Shown one piece after another: positions 8,216 through 18,083 of a stretch of DNA of 49,727 nucleotides. The position numbers and the translations under genes are program-made. The DNA comes from Candidatus Latescibacterota bacterium. Lineage in GTDB: Bacteria > JAAXHH01 > JACQVL01. The DNA is taken from assembly GCA_016209865.1 (NCBI GenBank), contig JACQVL010000258.1, positions 1 to 49,727 on the forward strand, written 5' to 3'. Each line of letters begins with the position of its first letter. Positions within the stretch are counted from its first letter, which is position 1. The notes below the pieces were generated by a model. It had not been told where the DNA came from. It made no database searches and saw only the letters and a list, made by a program, of their open reading frames with translations.

Positions 8216-9559
8216 TCAGATCAACGCGCCCAGCGCTTCCACGAACCGGTCGATCTGGGGTTTCGTCCGGCGTTCCGTCACGGCGACGAGGAGACAGTCG
8301 TCGACGTTGAGGGACGGGAACCAGCCCAGGTCGATCCCGGCCAGCAGGCGTTGTTTCGCCAGCTCATGGACGATCCGGCCCGGCGGCACCGGGGTCCGGA
8401 CGACGAACTCCTTGAAGAACGGGATGGAGAACCGCAGGCTGAACCCTGGGAGTTGGCTGATCTGATCCGCCGCGTAATGGCTCTTCTGCAGGCACAACTC
8501 CCCCACCTTCCGCAGGCCGACCTTGCCCATCATCGACAGGTAGATCGTCGCCATCAGGGCGTTCAGTTGCTGGCTGGTGCAGATGTTCGAGGTGGCCTTT
8601 TCCCGGCGGATGTGTTGCTCGCGTGCCTGGAGAGTCAGGACGAACCCGCGGCGGCCCTGGGTATCGACCGTCTTCCCGGCGATGCGCCCCGGCATCCGGC
8701 GGATCAGTTCCTGCCTGGCCGCAAAGAACCCCACGGTCGGGCCGCCGAAGCTGACCTGATTCCCCAACCCCTGGCCTTCTCCGACCGCCAGGTCTGCCCC
8801 GTAGTCCCCCGGCGGTTTCAACAGACCGAGCGACATTGGGTCGACGGCCATGACGAGCAGCGCGCCGTGCGCGTGGGTGATCCGTTCGATGTCTGCCACG
8901 GCCTCCAGCCCGCCGAAGAAGTTCGGATGCTGCACGAGCACGCACGCCGTCTGGTCCGACACCGCGTCGTGCAAACGAGCCGGGTCGAGCGCCCCGTTGG
9001 GACAGGGGATGAGGTCGATCGTGAGCCGCGGCCCGTGGGCATACGTGCGCAGCGTTTCGATATACTGCGGATGCACAGACCCGGCCACGGCCACCCGGCT
9101 CCGTCCAGTCGCCGCCCGCGCTAACAGCATCCCCTCCGCCGTCGCGGACGCCCCGTCATACATCGACGCGTTCGCCACATCCATGCCGGTCAATTCGCAG
9201 ATCATCGACTGGTATTCGTAGATCGCCTGGAGGGTGCCCTGGCTGACTTCCGGCTGGTAGGGGGTGTACGAGGTCAGGAATTCCGACCGGCTGGCCAGAT
9301 GCCTGATCGCGCTCGGGACAAAATGGTCGTACATGCCCCCGCCGACGAACGAGACGGCGTGGTCGAAGTCGAGGTTCTGACCAGCCAGCTCCGCCATGAG
9401 ATCGCGCAACTCGGGCTCGGACAGGGCGGCCGGCAGCCGAAGGGGACGGGTCAGCCGGACTTCCCGCGGCACGGTACTCAGCAGCGCTTGGATCGACGGG
9501 ATGCCGATCGCCCGGAGCATCGCTTCCCGATCGGCATCGGTGTTGGGGATGTAGGTCAT
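8216..9559 (-). CDS. gcvPA: Glycine dehydrogenase subunit 1
   Basis: TSYTPYQPEVSQG, NASMYDGA, RRMPGR and REQHIRREKATSNICT. Confidence 0.97.
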   Translation of the reverse strand: MTYIPNTDADREAMLRAIGIPSIQALLSTVPREVRLTRPLRLPAALSEPELRDLMAELAGQNLDFDHAVSFVGGGMYDHFVPSAIRHLASRSEFLTSYTPYQPEVSQGTLQAIYEYQSMICELTGMDVANASMYDGASATAEGMLLARAATGRSRVAVAGSVHPQYIETLRTYAHGPRLTIDLIPCPNGALDPARLHDAVSDQTACVLVQHPNFFGGLEAVADIERITHAHGALLVMAVDPMSLGLLKPPGDYGADLAVGEGQGLGNQVSFGGPTVGFFAARQELIRRMPGRIAGKTVDTQGRRGFVLTLQAREQHIRREKATSNICTSQQLNALMATIYLSMMGKVGLRKVGELCLQKSHYAADQISQLPGFSLRFSIPFFKEFVVRTPVPPGRIVHELAKQRLLAGIDLGWFPSLNVDDCLLVAVTERRTKPQIDRFVEALGALI

Positions 9560-9573
9560 GGTGGCTCCATAGG

Positions 9574-9954
9574 CTACGCGCCGATCAGTTTTTGGTACGC
9601 CTGGGCCGTTAATAAGCCGTCGAATTCACTCGCCGTCGTCACCCTGATCTTGATCATCCATCCGGTTTCGTACGGGTCGGTGTTGACGTATTCGGGATGC
9701 GCCTCCAGTTGCTCGTTGACCGCGATCACCGCTCCGGTCACCGGGGAGAACAGGTCGGCGACGGTCTTGACCGCCTCGACCGCCCCGAAGATCCGCATCG
9801 ATTCGACCGGGGTCCCGGCGGCGGGCAATTCGACGAACACGATGTCGCCGAGCTGCTCCTGCGCGTAGTCGGTGATGCCCACCGTGGCGATGTCCCCGTC
9901 CAGGCGGACCCATTCATGTTCAGTCGTATACCGGAGGTCGTCTGGGATAAGCAT
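9574..9954 (-). CDS. gcvH: Glycine cleavage system H protein
   Basis: YTTEHEWV, GITDYAQEQLGDIVFVELP and VEAVKTV (lipoyl lysine). Confidence 0.98.
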   Translation of the reverse strand: MLIPDDLRYTTEHEWVRLDGDIATVGITDYAQEQLGDIVFVELPAAGTPVESMRIFGAVEAVKTVADLFSPVTGAVIAVNEQLEAHPEYVNTDPYETGWMIKIRVTTASEFDGLLTAQAYQKLIGA

Positions 9955-9973
9955 ACAGGCTCCCTTGAAAAGA

Positions 9974-10133
9974 CAGTGGTCGGTGGCCAGTGGTCGGTTA
10001 AATCTGGATTCCCGCTTGCGCGGGAATGACAGTCACGGGCGTCCGCACAAGGCCGTCCCTACTCGTCACTCGTCACTGGTCACTCGTCACTGATTGTTAC
10101 CGACCGCCGACTACCGACAACTGACTACCGACT
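9974..10133. repeat. Composite repeat cluster: heptamer array 9974-9998, dRS3-like palindrome 10004-10031, half REP 10037-10062, (ACTCGTC)x4 at 10061-10088, (ACCGACY)x5 at 10099-10133
   Basis: Read directly in the accC-gcvH junction. Confidence 0.85.
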
Positions 10134-11488
10134 TCCATCCCCTCTTCCTCCGCCAGCAGCGCCTCGACCAGGGTGGTGTCGGTCTGGCCGTGCTTGAATT
10201 TGGGGTGTTTGAGCATCCGGAGATGGAAGGGGATGGTCGTCTTCACGCCCTCGATGATGAACTCTTCCAACGCTCGTTGGATCCGCGTCAACGCCTCCTG
10301 GCGGTTGCGTCCCCAGACGATCAGCTTGGCGAGCATGGAGTCGTAGTACGGGGAGACGACATACTGGGCGTAGACGTGGCTGTCCACCCGCACCCCGAAC
10401 CCGCCGGGCACGTGGAAGCTCGTGATCTGGCCGGTGGACGGCATGAACCCTTTCTCCGCGTCTTCCGCGTTGATGCGACATTCGATCGCGTGACCCCGGA
10501 ACGGGATGTCGTCCTGGGTATACCCTAACGGCTCCCCGGCGGCGATCCGGATCTGTTCCTTGATCAAGTCGATGTTCGTGACGAGTTCGGTGACGGGATG
10601 TTCGACCTGGATCCGGGTGTTCATCTGCATGAAGTAGAACATCCCGTCCGGGGCCAGGAGAAACTCCATCGTCCCGGCGTTCTCGTACCCGATGGCGTTC
10701 GCCCCGGCGATGGCCGTTTCCCCTAAGCGGGCGCGGAGCGTGTCATCGACCGCCGGGGAGGGTGATTCTTCGATGAGCTTCTGCCGGCGTCGCTGGATGG
10801 AGCAGTCCCGCTCGCCTAAGTGGACGATCTCGCCGTACCGGTCGCCGAACACCTGGACCTCCACGTGCCGGGCCTGCTCGATGAACCGTTCCAGGTACAG
10901 CGCCGGGTTTCCGAACGCTTTCGCCGCTTCCGTCAGGGCGGTCTGGAAACTCTGCTCGAACTGCGACTCGTCCCGGACGACCCGGATGCCCCGTCCTCCG
11001 CCCCCGGCGGCGGCTTTGATCACTAAGGGATAGCCGATCTGGCGAGCCACGCGCATGGCGACCGCCGCGTCCTCGACCGTCCCATCCGTGCCGGGAATCG
11101 TCGGAATTCCGGCGGCGGCCATCGTCTTCCGGGCGGCGGCCTTATCCCCCATCGCCCGGATCATCACCGAGGACGGGCCGATGAACGTGATGTCGCAGGC
11201 TTCGCAGATCTCGGCGAAATGGGCGTTCTCGGAGAGGAATCCGTACCCGGGATGGATGGCGTCGGCGTTCATGATCTCCGCCGCGCTGATGATCCGTGGG
11301 ATGTTGAGGTAACTGTCCTCAGGGGGGCTATTGCCGATGCAGATGTCTTCGTCCGCAAACCGGACGTGCAGCGAATCCCGATCCGCCTTCGAGTACACCG
11401 CGACGGTCGCGATGTTCAATTCTTTACAGGCCCGGATGATGCGGAGCGCGATCTCACCCCGGTTCGCGATGAGGATTTTTTGGAACAT
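10097..11488 (-). CDS. accC: Acetyl-CoA carboxylase, biotin carboxylase subunit
   Basis: [47 protein letters not shown] and YYDSMLAKL. Confidence 0.97.
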   Translation of the reverse strand: MFQKILIANRGEIALRIIRACKELNIATVAVYSKADRDSLHVRFADEDICIGNSPPEDSYLNIPRIISAAEIMNADAIHPGYGFLSENAHFAEICEACDITFIGPSSVMIRAMGDKAAARKTMAAAGIPTIPGTDGTVEDAAVAMRVARQIGYPLVIKAAAGGGGRGIRVVRDESQFEQSFQTALTEAAKAFGNPALYLERFIEQARHVEVQVFGDRYGEIVHLGERDCSIQRRRQKLIEESPSPAVDDTLRARLGETAIAGANAIGYENAGTMEFLLAPDGMFYFMQMNTRIQVEHPVTELVTNIDLIKEQIRIAAGEPLGYTQDDIPFRGHAIECRINAEDAEKGFMPSTGQITSFHVPGGFGVRVDSHVYAQYVVSPYYDSMLAKLIVWGRNRQEALTRIQRALEEFIIEGVKTTIPFHLRMLKHPKFKHGQTDTTLVEALLAEEEGMEVGSQLSVVGGR

Positions 11489-11494
11489 CAGCGC

Positions 11495-11968
<474 letters not shown>

Positions 11969-11986
11969 GGTCCCGCTCCTTACTCA

Positions 11987-12038
11987 ATTGCGGATTGCGG
12001 ATTTGACTTCCAGACCTTCAATCCGAAATCCGCAATCG
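11987..12038. repeat. Inverted heptamer pair (ATTGCGG)n / (CAATCCG)n forming a hairpin between efp and accB
   Basis: attgcgg attgcgg attt ... caatccg aaatccg caatcg. Confidence 0.8.
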
Positions 12039-12041
12039 ATC

Positions 12042-12599
12042 TTACACCCGTTCGACGTACGTTTTCGTCCGGGTGTCCAGTTTCAGCATATCGCCGACGT
12101 TGATGAAGAGCGGCACCTGGACGACGGCTCCGCTTTCGAGCCTCGCGGGCTTGGTCCCGCCCGTGGCCGTATCCCCTCGGATTCCCGGCTCAGTCTCGGC
12201 GACACGCAGCTCGACGAAGAACGGCATCTCCATGCCGATGACCTCGTGCTCGGTCATCAGCAGGTTTAAGGTCAGGTTATCTTTGAGAAAGAGCACCGCA
12301 TCGCCGAGCAACGACGCGGAGACAGGAATCTGCTCATACGACGCCAGGTCCATCATGTAGTAGAGGTCCCCATCCGTGTACTGGTACTGGACCTGGCGGC
12401 GTTCGACCCGGACGTCATCCACGCGGTCGGCGGCCTTGAAGGTGCGGTCGATCACCGATCCCGTCCGGACGTTCTTCATCCGGGCGCGGACGAACGCGGA
12501 ACCTTTGCCCGGTTTGACTTGCTGGCATTCGGTCAGCAGGTAGATGTCCCCATCGACGAGAATCGTCATCCCATTTCTCAGGTCAGTTGCTGCGATCAT
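12042..12599 (-). CDS. efp: Elongation factor P
   Basis: KPGKG loop, PGIRGDT and VPLFIN; start at ATG 12599 after GGAGAA. Confidence 0.98.
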   Translation of the reverse strand: MIAATDLRNGMTILVDGDIYLLTECQQVKPGKGSAFVRARMKNVRTGSVIDRTFKAADRVDDVRVERRQVQYQYTDGDLYYMMDLASYEQIPVSASLLGDAVLFLKDNLTLNLLMTEHEVIGMEMPFFVELRVAETEPGIRGDTATGGTKPARLESGAVVQVPLFINVGDMLKLDTRTKTYVERV

Positions 12600-12628
12600 G
12601 CTCGTGTCTTCTCCAGGATGAACCACGC

Positions 12629-14254
12629 TTATGGAGCCGGTATCTTCGGCTGTTGGGCTTTGATGACGAATAACTCAGAGAGACGGTTGTGAATATCCAG
12701 ATTGGTCGGGTCCTTCTCGATGAGGGAGAGGTAGACCGCGATCGCCCGGTCGATCAGTCCTTGCCGGACGTACAACTCCGCCAGCGTCGCGGTCGGGATG
12801 ACGTCAGAATGGGACTCGGGCTCTGCCGGCTCGTCCGACTCGGCATCCGCGTCACGGGCGGGCAGCGCCGCGACCTCCTCCTCAGCCGGGACGGTGAAGG
12901 CCACGGGTGCAACCGGGGAAGGGGCCGGAGAGGGTGCTGCCGGGACGGAGGCCTCAGGTCTGAACGGGGGTTCAGCGCCTTCGACGAGGAAGAACTGGTC
13001 CAGGTACCGGTCGGTGGACAGGACGGGCGCGGTCGGCTCTGGCGCGGCAAGCGTCTCCATCATCTCCGGCGTCTCGGCGACGGGTGGCGGCGCCAGGAAG
13101 GGTGATACTTCTGGCTCGACTGGCACTTCGGCTTCGACCAGCCTCTCCGGTTCGACGGGTATCTCTGGCTCGACGACGATCTCTGGCTCGACCGCGGCCT
13201 CTGGAACGGCCGGCGTTTCTGGGACAACCGGGGCCGCCGGGACAAGCGGCTCGATGTCGAAGACGGGCTCCGGTTCAGGAGCCGGTTCAGAGAAGGGGGC
13301 GAAGAACTCCACCGGTTCGACCGTGCCCGGCACCACTTCCTCCTCAGGACGCATCATCGCCGAGTCGTCCATGGCGTGAGACAGGAAAGGTTCCACAGCC
13401 GGCTCGGGGATGCTCTCGGTCTCCTCGATGACCGGTGAGGATGGGGGTGTCTCATCGACCGTCGCGGGGGCGGATTCCGCCAGTTCTGATGCGGGCGTGA
13501 GTTCATCCGGCGGGGGAACTGCCGGCTCAGGGACGATCACGTCCTGTTCCACCGGGGAGGCCTCGACGATCACGCTCGCGGGCGCCTCGAACTCGGTCAC
13601 CGGCGTTTCCGGGGAGATCGTCGCCTCTTCGGCGAGTGTCAGGAGCGCTTCAAACGCCGGCCCTGGCCACAGCGTCGTGGAGTCAGGGGTTGCGCCGTCC
13701 GTCGCCGTGTCCTCTTGCGGGACGAGATCCTGGAACAGTCCGGCAACCCACGTCCCCCAGGCTGCGGCGTTGGCGGGATCGACGACCTCGGAGTATGGGA
13801 CGGGTTGGGATGGGAACGGGATGGGGGGACGCTCTGCGGACGCGGGCGGTTGCGGGCCGGAGAGCGTGGTGATCTCGGCCTGAATCGACGCATCCAGCGG
13901 GTCGATCGCCAACGCTCGCCGGTAATACGAGAGCGCCCGGGTCGTGTCGCCCTCCGATTTCAGGATATCGGCGAGTTGCTTCAGGGCGATGAGACGGTCG
14001 GGGGCGAACCGGAGCGCATCGAGCAGCGCCTCTTTGGCCTCCGCCAGGTCGGCTTGATCCGCGTGGCACTGGGCGAGCGTACAATACCCCGTCGCGTACC
14101 GCGGATGCCAGGCTAATCCCGCCTGACAGACCTGAATCGCTTTCTCGACGTCTCCCGCTATCCGATGCTGATCTGCTAACAGGGCAAACCGGAGCGAGGT
14201 CGGCTCTCGTTTCACCGTGCGCTTCAGCTTCCGAATATCCACATTCACGGTCAC
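12629..14254 (-). CDS. TPR protein with a long Pro/Glu-rich acidic linker and a C-terminal TPR (TATLAELYVRQG)
   Basis: N-terminal TPR helices, low-complexity PEP/EPE linker; GAGGTGA RBS. Confidence 0.8.
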   Translation of the reverse strand: MTVNVDIRKLKRTVKREPTSLRFALLADQHRIAGDVEKAIQVCQAGLAWHPRYATGYCTLAQCHADQADLAEAKEALLDALRFAPDRLIALKQLADILKSEGDTTRALSYYRRALAIDPLDASIQAEITTLSGPQPPASAERPPIPFPSQPVPYSEVVDPANAAAWGTWVAGLFQDLVPQEDTATDGATPDSTTLWPGPAFEALLTLAEEATISPETPVTEFEAPASVIVEASPVEQDVIVPEPAVPPPDELTPASELAESAPATVDETPPSSPVIEETESIPEPAVEPFLSHAMDDSAMMRPEEEVVPGTVEPVEFFAPFSEPAPEPEPVFDIEPLVPAAPVVPETPAVPEAAVEPEIVVEPEIPVEPERLVEAEVPVEPEVSPFLAPPPVAETPEMMETLAAPEPTAPVLSTDRYLDQFFLVEGAEPPFRPEASVPAAPSPAPSPVAPVAFTVPAEEEVAALPARDADAESDEPAEPESHSDVIPTATLAELYVRQGLIDRAIAVYLSLIEKDPTNLDIHNRLSELFVIKAQQPKIPAP

Positions 14255-14260
14255 CTCATT

Positions 14261-14335
14261 TCGGTGGTCGGTGGTCGGTGAATCAGATTTCGGATTTCAG
14301 GTTGTGGATTGTGGGTCGAATACTCCGCAATCCGC
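14261..14335. repeat. Adjacent heptamer arrays (TCGGTGG)x3 and (YRGATTK)x4 downstream of tRNA-His
   Basis: tcggtgg tcggtgg tcggtg; cagattt cggattt caggttg tggattg; partial inverted copy tccgcaatccgc. Confidence 0.7.
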
Positions 14336-14356
14336 CAGGGATGAAGCGATGACGAG

Positions 14357-14431
14357 GGTGAGCAACGGGATTCGAACCCGCGACCTCCAGAGCCACAGTC
14401 TGGCGCTCTAACCAACTGAGCTATGCCCACC
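14357..14431 (-). tRNA. tRNA-His(GUG) with encoded G-1 and C73; full CCA not encoded
   Basis: G-GTGGGCA-TA-GCTCAGTTGGTTAGAGC-G-CCAGA-CT GTG GC-TCTGG-AGGTC-GCGGG-TTCGAAT-CCCGT-TGCTCAC-C. Confidence 0.97.
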
Positions 14432-14452
14432 GTTCGATCCAGAAACGGTCTT

Positions 14453-14482
14453 AATATAGAACCGGGGTTGAAGGCTTGTCAA
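14453..14482 (-). promoter_or_regulatory. Promoter for tRNA-His and the downstream run
   Basis: TTGACA-N18-TATATT. Confidence 0.7.
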
Positions 14483-14530
14483 CCCTTTTTTCTCACCGCC
14501 CCTCAAGGTCATCTGTGATACAAAAAAAGG

Positions 14531-14559
14531 TTGCGTTCGGTGCGAGGAAGGATTATATT
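14531..14559 (+). promoter_or_regulatory. rpmB promoter
   Basis: TTGCGT-N17-TATATT. Confidence 0.65.
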
Positions 14560-14622
14560 GTACTGTTTTGATCACGCGTGAGATCATCGATCCAGAGACC
14601 AGGCAGACTCAGAGGGAATGGT

Positions 14623-14814
14623 ATGGCACGGCGGTGTGCAATCTGCCACAAGGCCCCCCAGATCGGGCATCGCGTCAGCCACGCGCATAACCTGACCAAA
14701 CGCCGGTGGAGTCCAAACCTCCAGCGGGTCAGGGTGGCCACCCCACACGGCACGAAACGGATGATGGTGTGTACGGCGTGTCTGAAGACGGGACGTGTTC
14801 AGAAGGCTGCGTGA
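14623..14814 (+). CDS. rpmB: 50S ribosomal protein L28 (Zn-binding, CxxC...CxxC form)
   Basis: [10 protein letters not shown]...[20 protein letters not shown]...VCTACLK. Confidence 0.97.
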   Translation: MARRCAICHKAPQIGHRVSHAHNLTKRRWSPNLQRVRVATPHGTKRMMVCTACLKTGRVQKAA

Positions 14815-14835
14815 ACGCGGCACGTTGGCACGTTC

Positions 14836-14905
14836 GTAGGGGCAAAGCATTCGCTCTCAGAGTAGAGCTCCTGCTACGTTTTCTCAGCGAATGCGTTGCC
14901 CCTCC
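14836..14905. repeat. GTAG-ended long hairpin (REP-like) between convergent rpmB and the lipoprotein gene; possible terminator
   Basis: GTAGgggcaaagcattcgct ... agcgaatgcgttgcccctcc. Confidence 0.75.
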
Positions 14906-14907
14906 AT

Positions 14908-15762
14908 CTATGGATTCATGGGGAGGCGCTTGACGGTCTTCGGCAGGGTCAGGGCCAGGTCGGCGGCGGAGAGGCCGGTATTCACCGCCTGCGTGTAGAA
15001 CTGCACCGTCAGAGCTTCTTGTCCGTCTCCAGACACGATCCGTGCCCGTGAGGGACGCCAGAGACCTTTGGTCCGGATGTATTCGTCGAAGGTTTTGACG
15101 ATCACCCGGCCGTCCTCTCGATCCTCTTCCTCGCGCCGGACGACCGACCGGTTCGCATCGATCCAGATTTTCCTGGTTGCCCTTCCTTTCTCATCCTTGA
15201 CGACGAGCAGGTACTGATCGCCATCCTGGCGGGATTCGATCAGCCGATCGCCACGGTACCGCGTGAGGTCGATCCGGCCGATCAGGCTCTGAATGTCGGT
15301 GACGCGGACGTTCAGGCCAGGAAGCGCCCGGTCCAGGCGATCCTCGACCGTGCCCTCGAAGACGGCGTTCTGGAGCGGGAGGTAGAACTGCACCGTCTCC
15401 CCCTGGACGGCGATCACGGCGATGACCTGTCCGAAAGGCCCGTCGACGACGACCTTGAGCTGGTCCGGGTGGCGGAAAAAAATCCGGGTATCGGCGCGTC
15501 CCCGCTGGTCGTGGAGGCTGGCGGAGACGAGGGCGGTCCCTTTAAGGTCGATCAGGCGGGAGGCAGAGGCCTCAACCCGGCTGAGCAGGGCCGGGACGCT
15601 GAGGGGGGCTGAGGGGGTCACGCCGGGCGTCGCGGAACGGGTACAACCGCTCCCCACCAGGACGGCGAGGAGCAGGCTCCCGATGGCGCGGACTACCGGA
15701 CGGCGTCGAGTTTCTTGCGGATCTCTTGCTTGGTAGCGTCGAGTTCGAGCGCACGTTCCCAA
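14908..15762 (-). CDS. Lipoprotein with a LolA/LolB-like fold (DUF4292-like); start uncertain
   Basis: Hydrophobic stretch ending in a lipobox-like VGSGC; FRHPDQLKV and KIWID patterns. Confidence 0.65.
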   Translation of the reverse strand: MGTCARTRRYQARDPQETRRRPVVRAIGSLLLAVLVGSGCTRSATPGVTPSAPLSVPALLSRVEASASRLIDLKGTALVSASLHDQRGRADTRIFFRHPDQLKVVVDGPFGQVIAVIAVQGETVQFYLPLQNAVFEGTVEDRLDRALPGLNVRVTDIQSLIGRIDLTRYRGDRLIESRQDGDQYLLVVKDEKGRATRKIWIDANRSVVRREEEDREDGRVIVKTFDEYIRTKGLWRPSRARIVSGDGQEALTVQFYTQAVNTGLSAADLALTLPKTVKRLPMNP

Positions 15763-18032
15763 TGTTTAATCGCGTCCTTCTGGTTCCCCTGGTCGCGGAC
15801 GATGTCGCCGAGATGATCGTACAGCGTCGCGTTGTCCCGGTCGCGTTCGAGCGCTTTCTCGACCAACTCCTTCGCTTGCCGGAGCCGTCCCAACCGGTAG
15901 TACACCCACCCTAAACTATCCAGGAACGCCCCGTTCTCCGGGTCTTTCTCGACCGCTTTCTCGATCATCCTGAGGGCATCTTGAAGCCGGAGGCCTTTAT
16001 CCGCTAAGATATACCCCAGGTAATTGAGGGTGTAGGGATCATCCGGGTTCAGCCTCAGCGTCTGCTCGAACGCGGCCACCGCCTCGTCGAAGCGACCCGC
16101 CTGGTCGTACGCCTGGCCGAGGAGAAACCGGAGGCGGTAATTAGCCGGGAATTTCTCAATGCTGTCTTTCGCGATACGAATGGCTTCGTCGTAATGCTTC
16201 TGCTCCGAGTACGAATACCCTAAGTAAAACCACAACTCCGGGTCGTTCGGAACGGCCTCGAGGCCACGCCGGAAGATGGTGATCCCCTCGTCATACTTCT
16301 TCTGGCGGAGCTGCACCAGCCCTAAGTTGACCCAGCCACGGCTGTCGTGCTGGTCGAGGTCGATGACGCGCTGGAATTGCGTGACGGCCTTGTCGTACGC
16401 TTTCTGGGAGAGATAGTTCACGCCCAGGTAGAAATGGAGGTCCGGGTCGTTGGGTGTGGTTGCCAGTCCCTGATTGAGGACTCTCTCCGCGCTCTCGTAC
16501 TTGTCCTGCCGGATGTACGCTAAGCTCAAGTTGACCCAGCCGCGCGTGTCGCGCCGGTTCAGGTCGATCGCTTTCTGGAGTTGCGCGATCGCCGGGGCAA
16601 ACTGTTTCTGGTCCATGTAGACGTCGGCCAGGTTCAGCCGGAGGTCGATGTTGTTCGGGAGCACTTTGAGGCCTTGCTGGAATGTCTTGATGCCGTCGTT
16701 CTTCTTCCCCTGTTCCACGTAGGCCAGCCCCAGGGCAATCCAGCTCCGCGGGTACTGGTTGTTGATCGAGACCGCTTTCTTGAACTCCGGGATGGCCTGG
16801 TTGTAGGCTTGTTGGGCGAGGAAGAGGGAACCTAAGTACAGGCGCAGGTCGGGGTCGTTGGGCAGCTTCCCGATCCCGCGTTTGAGGACGTCGATCGCCT
16901 CATCCTGGCGTTGTTGCCGTCGGTAGGTCAGGCTCAGGTTGATCCAGCTCCCGGCATCTTTCTCATCCCGGCTCAGGGCTTCCTGAAACTCCAAGGCGGC
17001 CTGATCGAGTTTGTTCTGTTCGAGGTAGACGATGCCGAAGTTGGCGTGCAGGTCCGCGTCATCCGGCAACACCCGAAGCCCCTCGTACAGCACCCGCTCG
17101 GCCTCGGTCAGTTGGCCCTTGCGCCGGTAGGCGGTACTCAGGTCGACCCAGTTGCGGGCGCTCTGCCGGTCGGCGGCGAGCACCGTCTTGAATTCCTGGA
17201 TTGCCTCGTCCCAGCGGCTTGACAGCGTCAGCAGTTCACCCAGCCGGCGGCGGATGTCCACCTCGTTCTGCGGGTGCAGGTCAGCGATCTCTCTGTACTG
17301 CTCGACCGCCTTGTCCCAGTCACGCTGCTGCTCGTAGATCTGGGCGAGTCCAAACCGGGCGCGCAGGGAAGTCGGGTAGTCGTCGAGCACTTTCTGCAGC
17401 TCGACGATGGCCTTATCGAGTTCCCCACGGGCCTTATACTCGTCGACGAGCTGGAAATGGATATCCGCCGACCGGGGCACCAGCCGGCTGACGATTTCGA
17501 GTTCCTGGATCATTCTCTCGGTATCGCGCTGCTCCCGCGCGATCTGGGCGAGCGAGAAATGAGCCTCGAGATGCTCGGCGTCCAGCGCCACCACGCGCTC
17601 GAACGACCGGCGCGCTTCCCCGTACTGTCGCAGATCCCTGAGGCACTTGCCGACGACGAGGTGCGCATCGACGATCGTCTCGTCCAGCTTCAACGCTTTC
17701 TTTGCGTGCCGGAACGCCTCCTCCCGCTGCCCCAGCTCGTAGTAATCACGCGCTAACGCCACGTGGATGGCCGGGGACAGCGAGTCGTACCGGGCTGCCG
17801 CCTGGTATTCTTTGATGGCGTTGGGGAGGTCGTTCTGCGAATCGTACAGGCTCCCGCGCGCGAAGTGCTCATACGCCCGGGCGTCGAATTCCTGATTGGA
17901 CAGGGCGACCGAGTCCCGCGACGCAGCCTGCCCCCAGGAGCGCCCCACCCCCAGGCTCAGGAGGAAGATCCCGCCCACGGCGAGGGCCCGCACGAGTCGA
18001 GCCCCTCCAACCGCCCTCTGCCGTCTACCCAT
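15693..18032 (-). CDS. Large exported tetratricopeptide-repeat protein
   Basis: Signal peptide, about 20 TPR units, C-terminal LNYLGY..AD...FLDSLGWVYY...DHLGD motif. Confidence 0.9.
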   Translation of the reverse strand: MGRRQRAVGGARLVRALAVGGIFLLSLGVGRSWGQAASRDSVALSNQEFDARAYEHFARGSLYDSQNDLPNAIKEYQAAARYDSLSPAIHVALARDYYELGQREEAFRHAKKALKLDETIVDAHLVVGKCLRDLRQYGEARRSFERVVALDAEHLEAHFSLAQIAREQRDTERMIQELEIVSRLVPRSADIHFQLVDEYKARGELDKAIVELQKVLDDYPTSLRARFGLAQIYEQQRDWDKAVEQYREIADLHPQNEVDIRRRLGELLTLSSRWDEAIQEFKTVLAADRQSARNWVDLSTAYRRKGQLTEAERVLYEGLRVLPDDADLHANFGIVYLEQNKLDQAALEFQEALSRDEKDAGSWINLSLTYRRQQRQDEAIDVLKRGIGKLPNDPDLRLYLGSLFLAQQAYNQAIPEFKKAVSINNQYPRSWIALGLAYVEQGKKNDGIKTFQQGLKVLPNNIDLRLNLADVYMDQKQFAPAIAQLQKAIDLNRRDTRGWVNLSLAYIRQDKYESAERVLNQGLATTPNDPDLHFYLGVNYLSQKAYDKAVTQFQRVIDLDQHDSRGWVNLGLVQLRQKKYDEGITIFRRGLEAVPNDPELWFYLGYSYSEQKHYDEAIRIAKDSIEKFPANYRLRFLLGQAYDQAGRFDEAVAAFEQTLRLNPDDPYTLNYLGYILADKGLRLQDALRMIEKAVEKDPENGAFLDSLGWVYYRLGRLRQAKELVEKALERDRDNATLYDHLGDIVRDQGNQKDAIKHWERALELDATKQEIRKKLDAVR

Positions 18033-18049
18033 ACACCACTCCAATCGTT

Positions 18050-18077
18050 ACCGACCACTGACTACTGACCACCGACT
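18050..18077. repeat. Heptamer array (ACYGACY)x4
   Basis: accgacc actgact actgacc accgact. Confidence 0.85.
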
Positions 18078-18083
18078 CCTGTC

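Noticed and set aside
9955-10096. Glycine riboswitch upstream of gcvH
   Set aside because: The region is fully explained by repeats and shows no glycine aptamer motifs.
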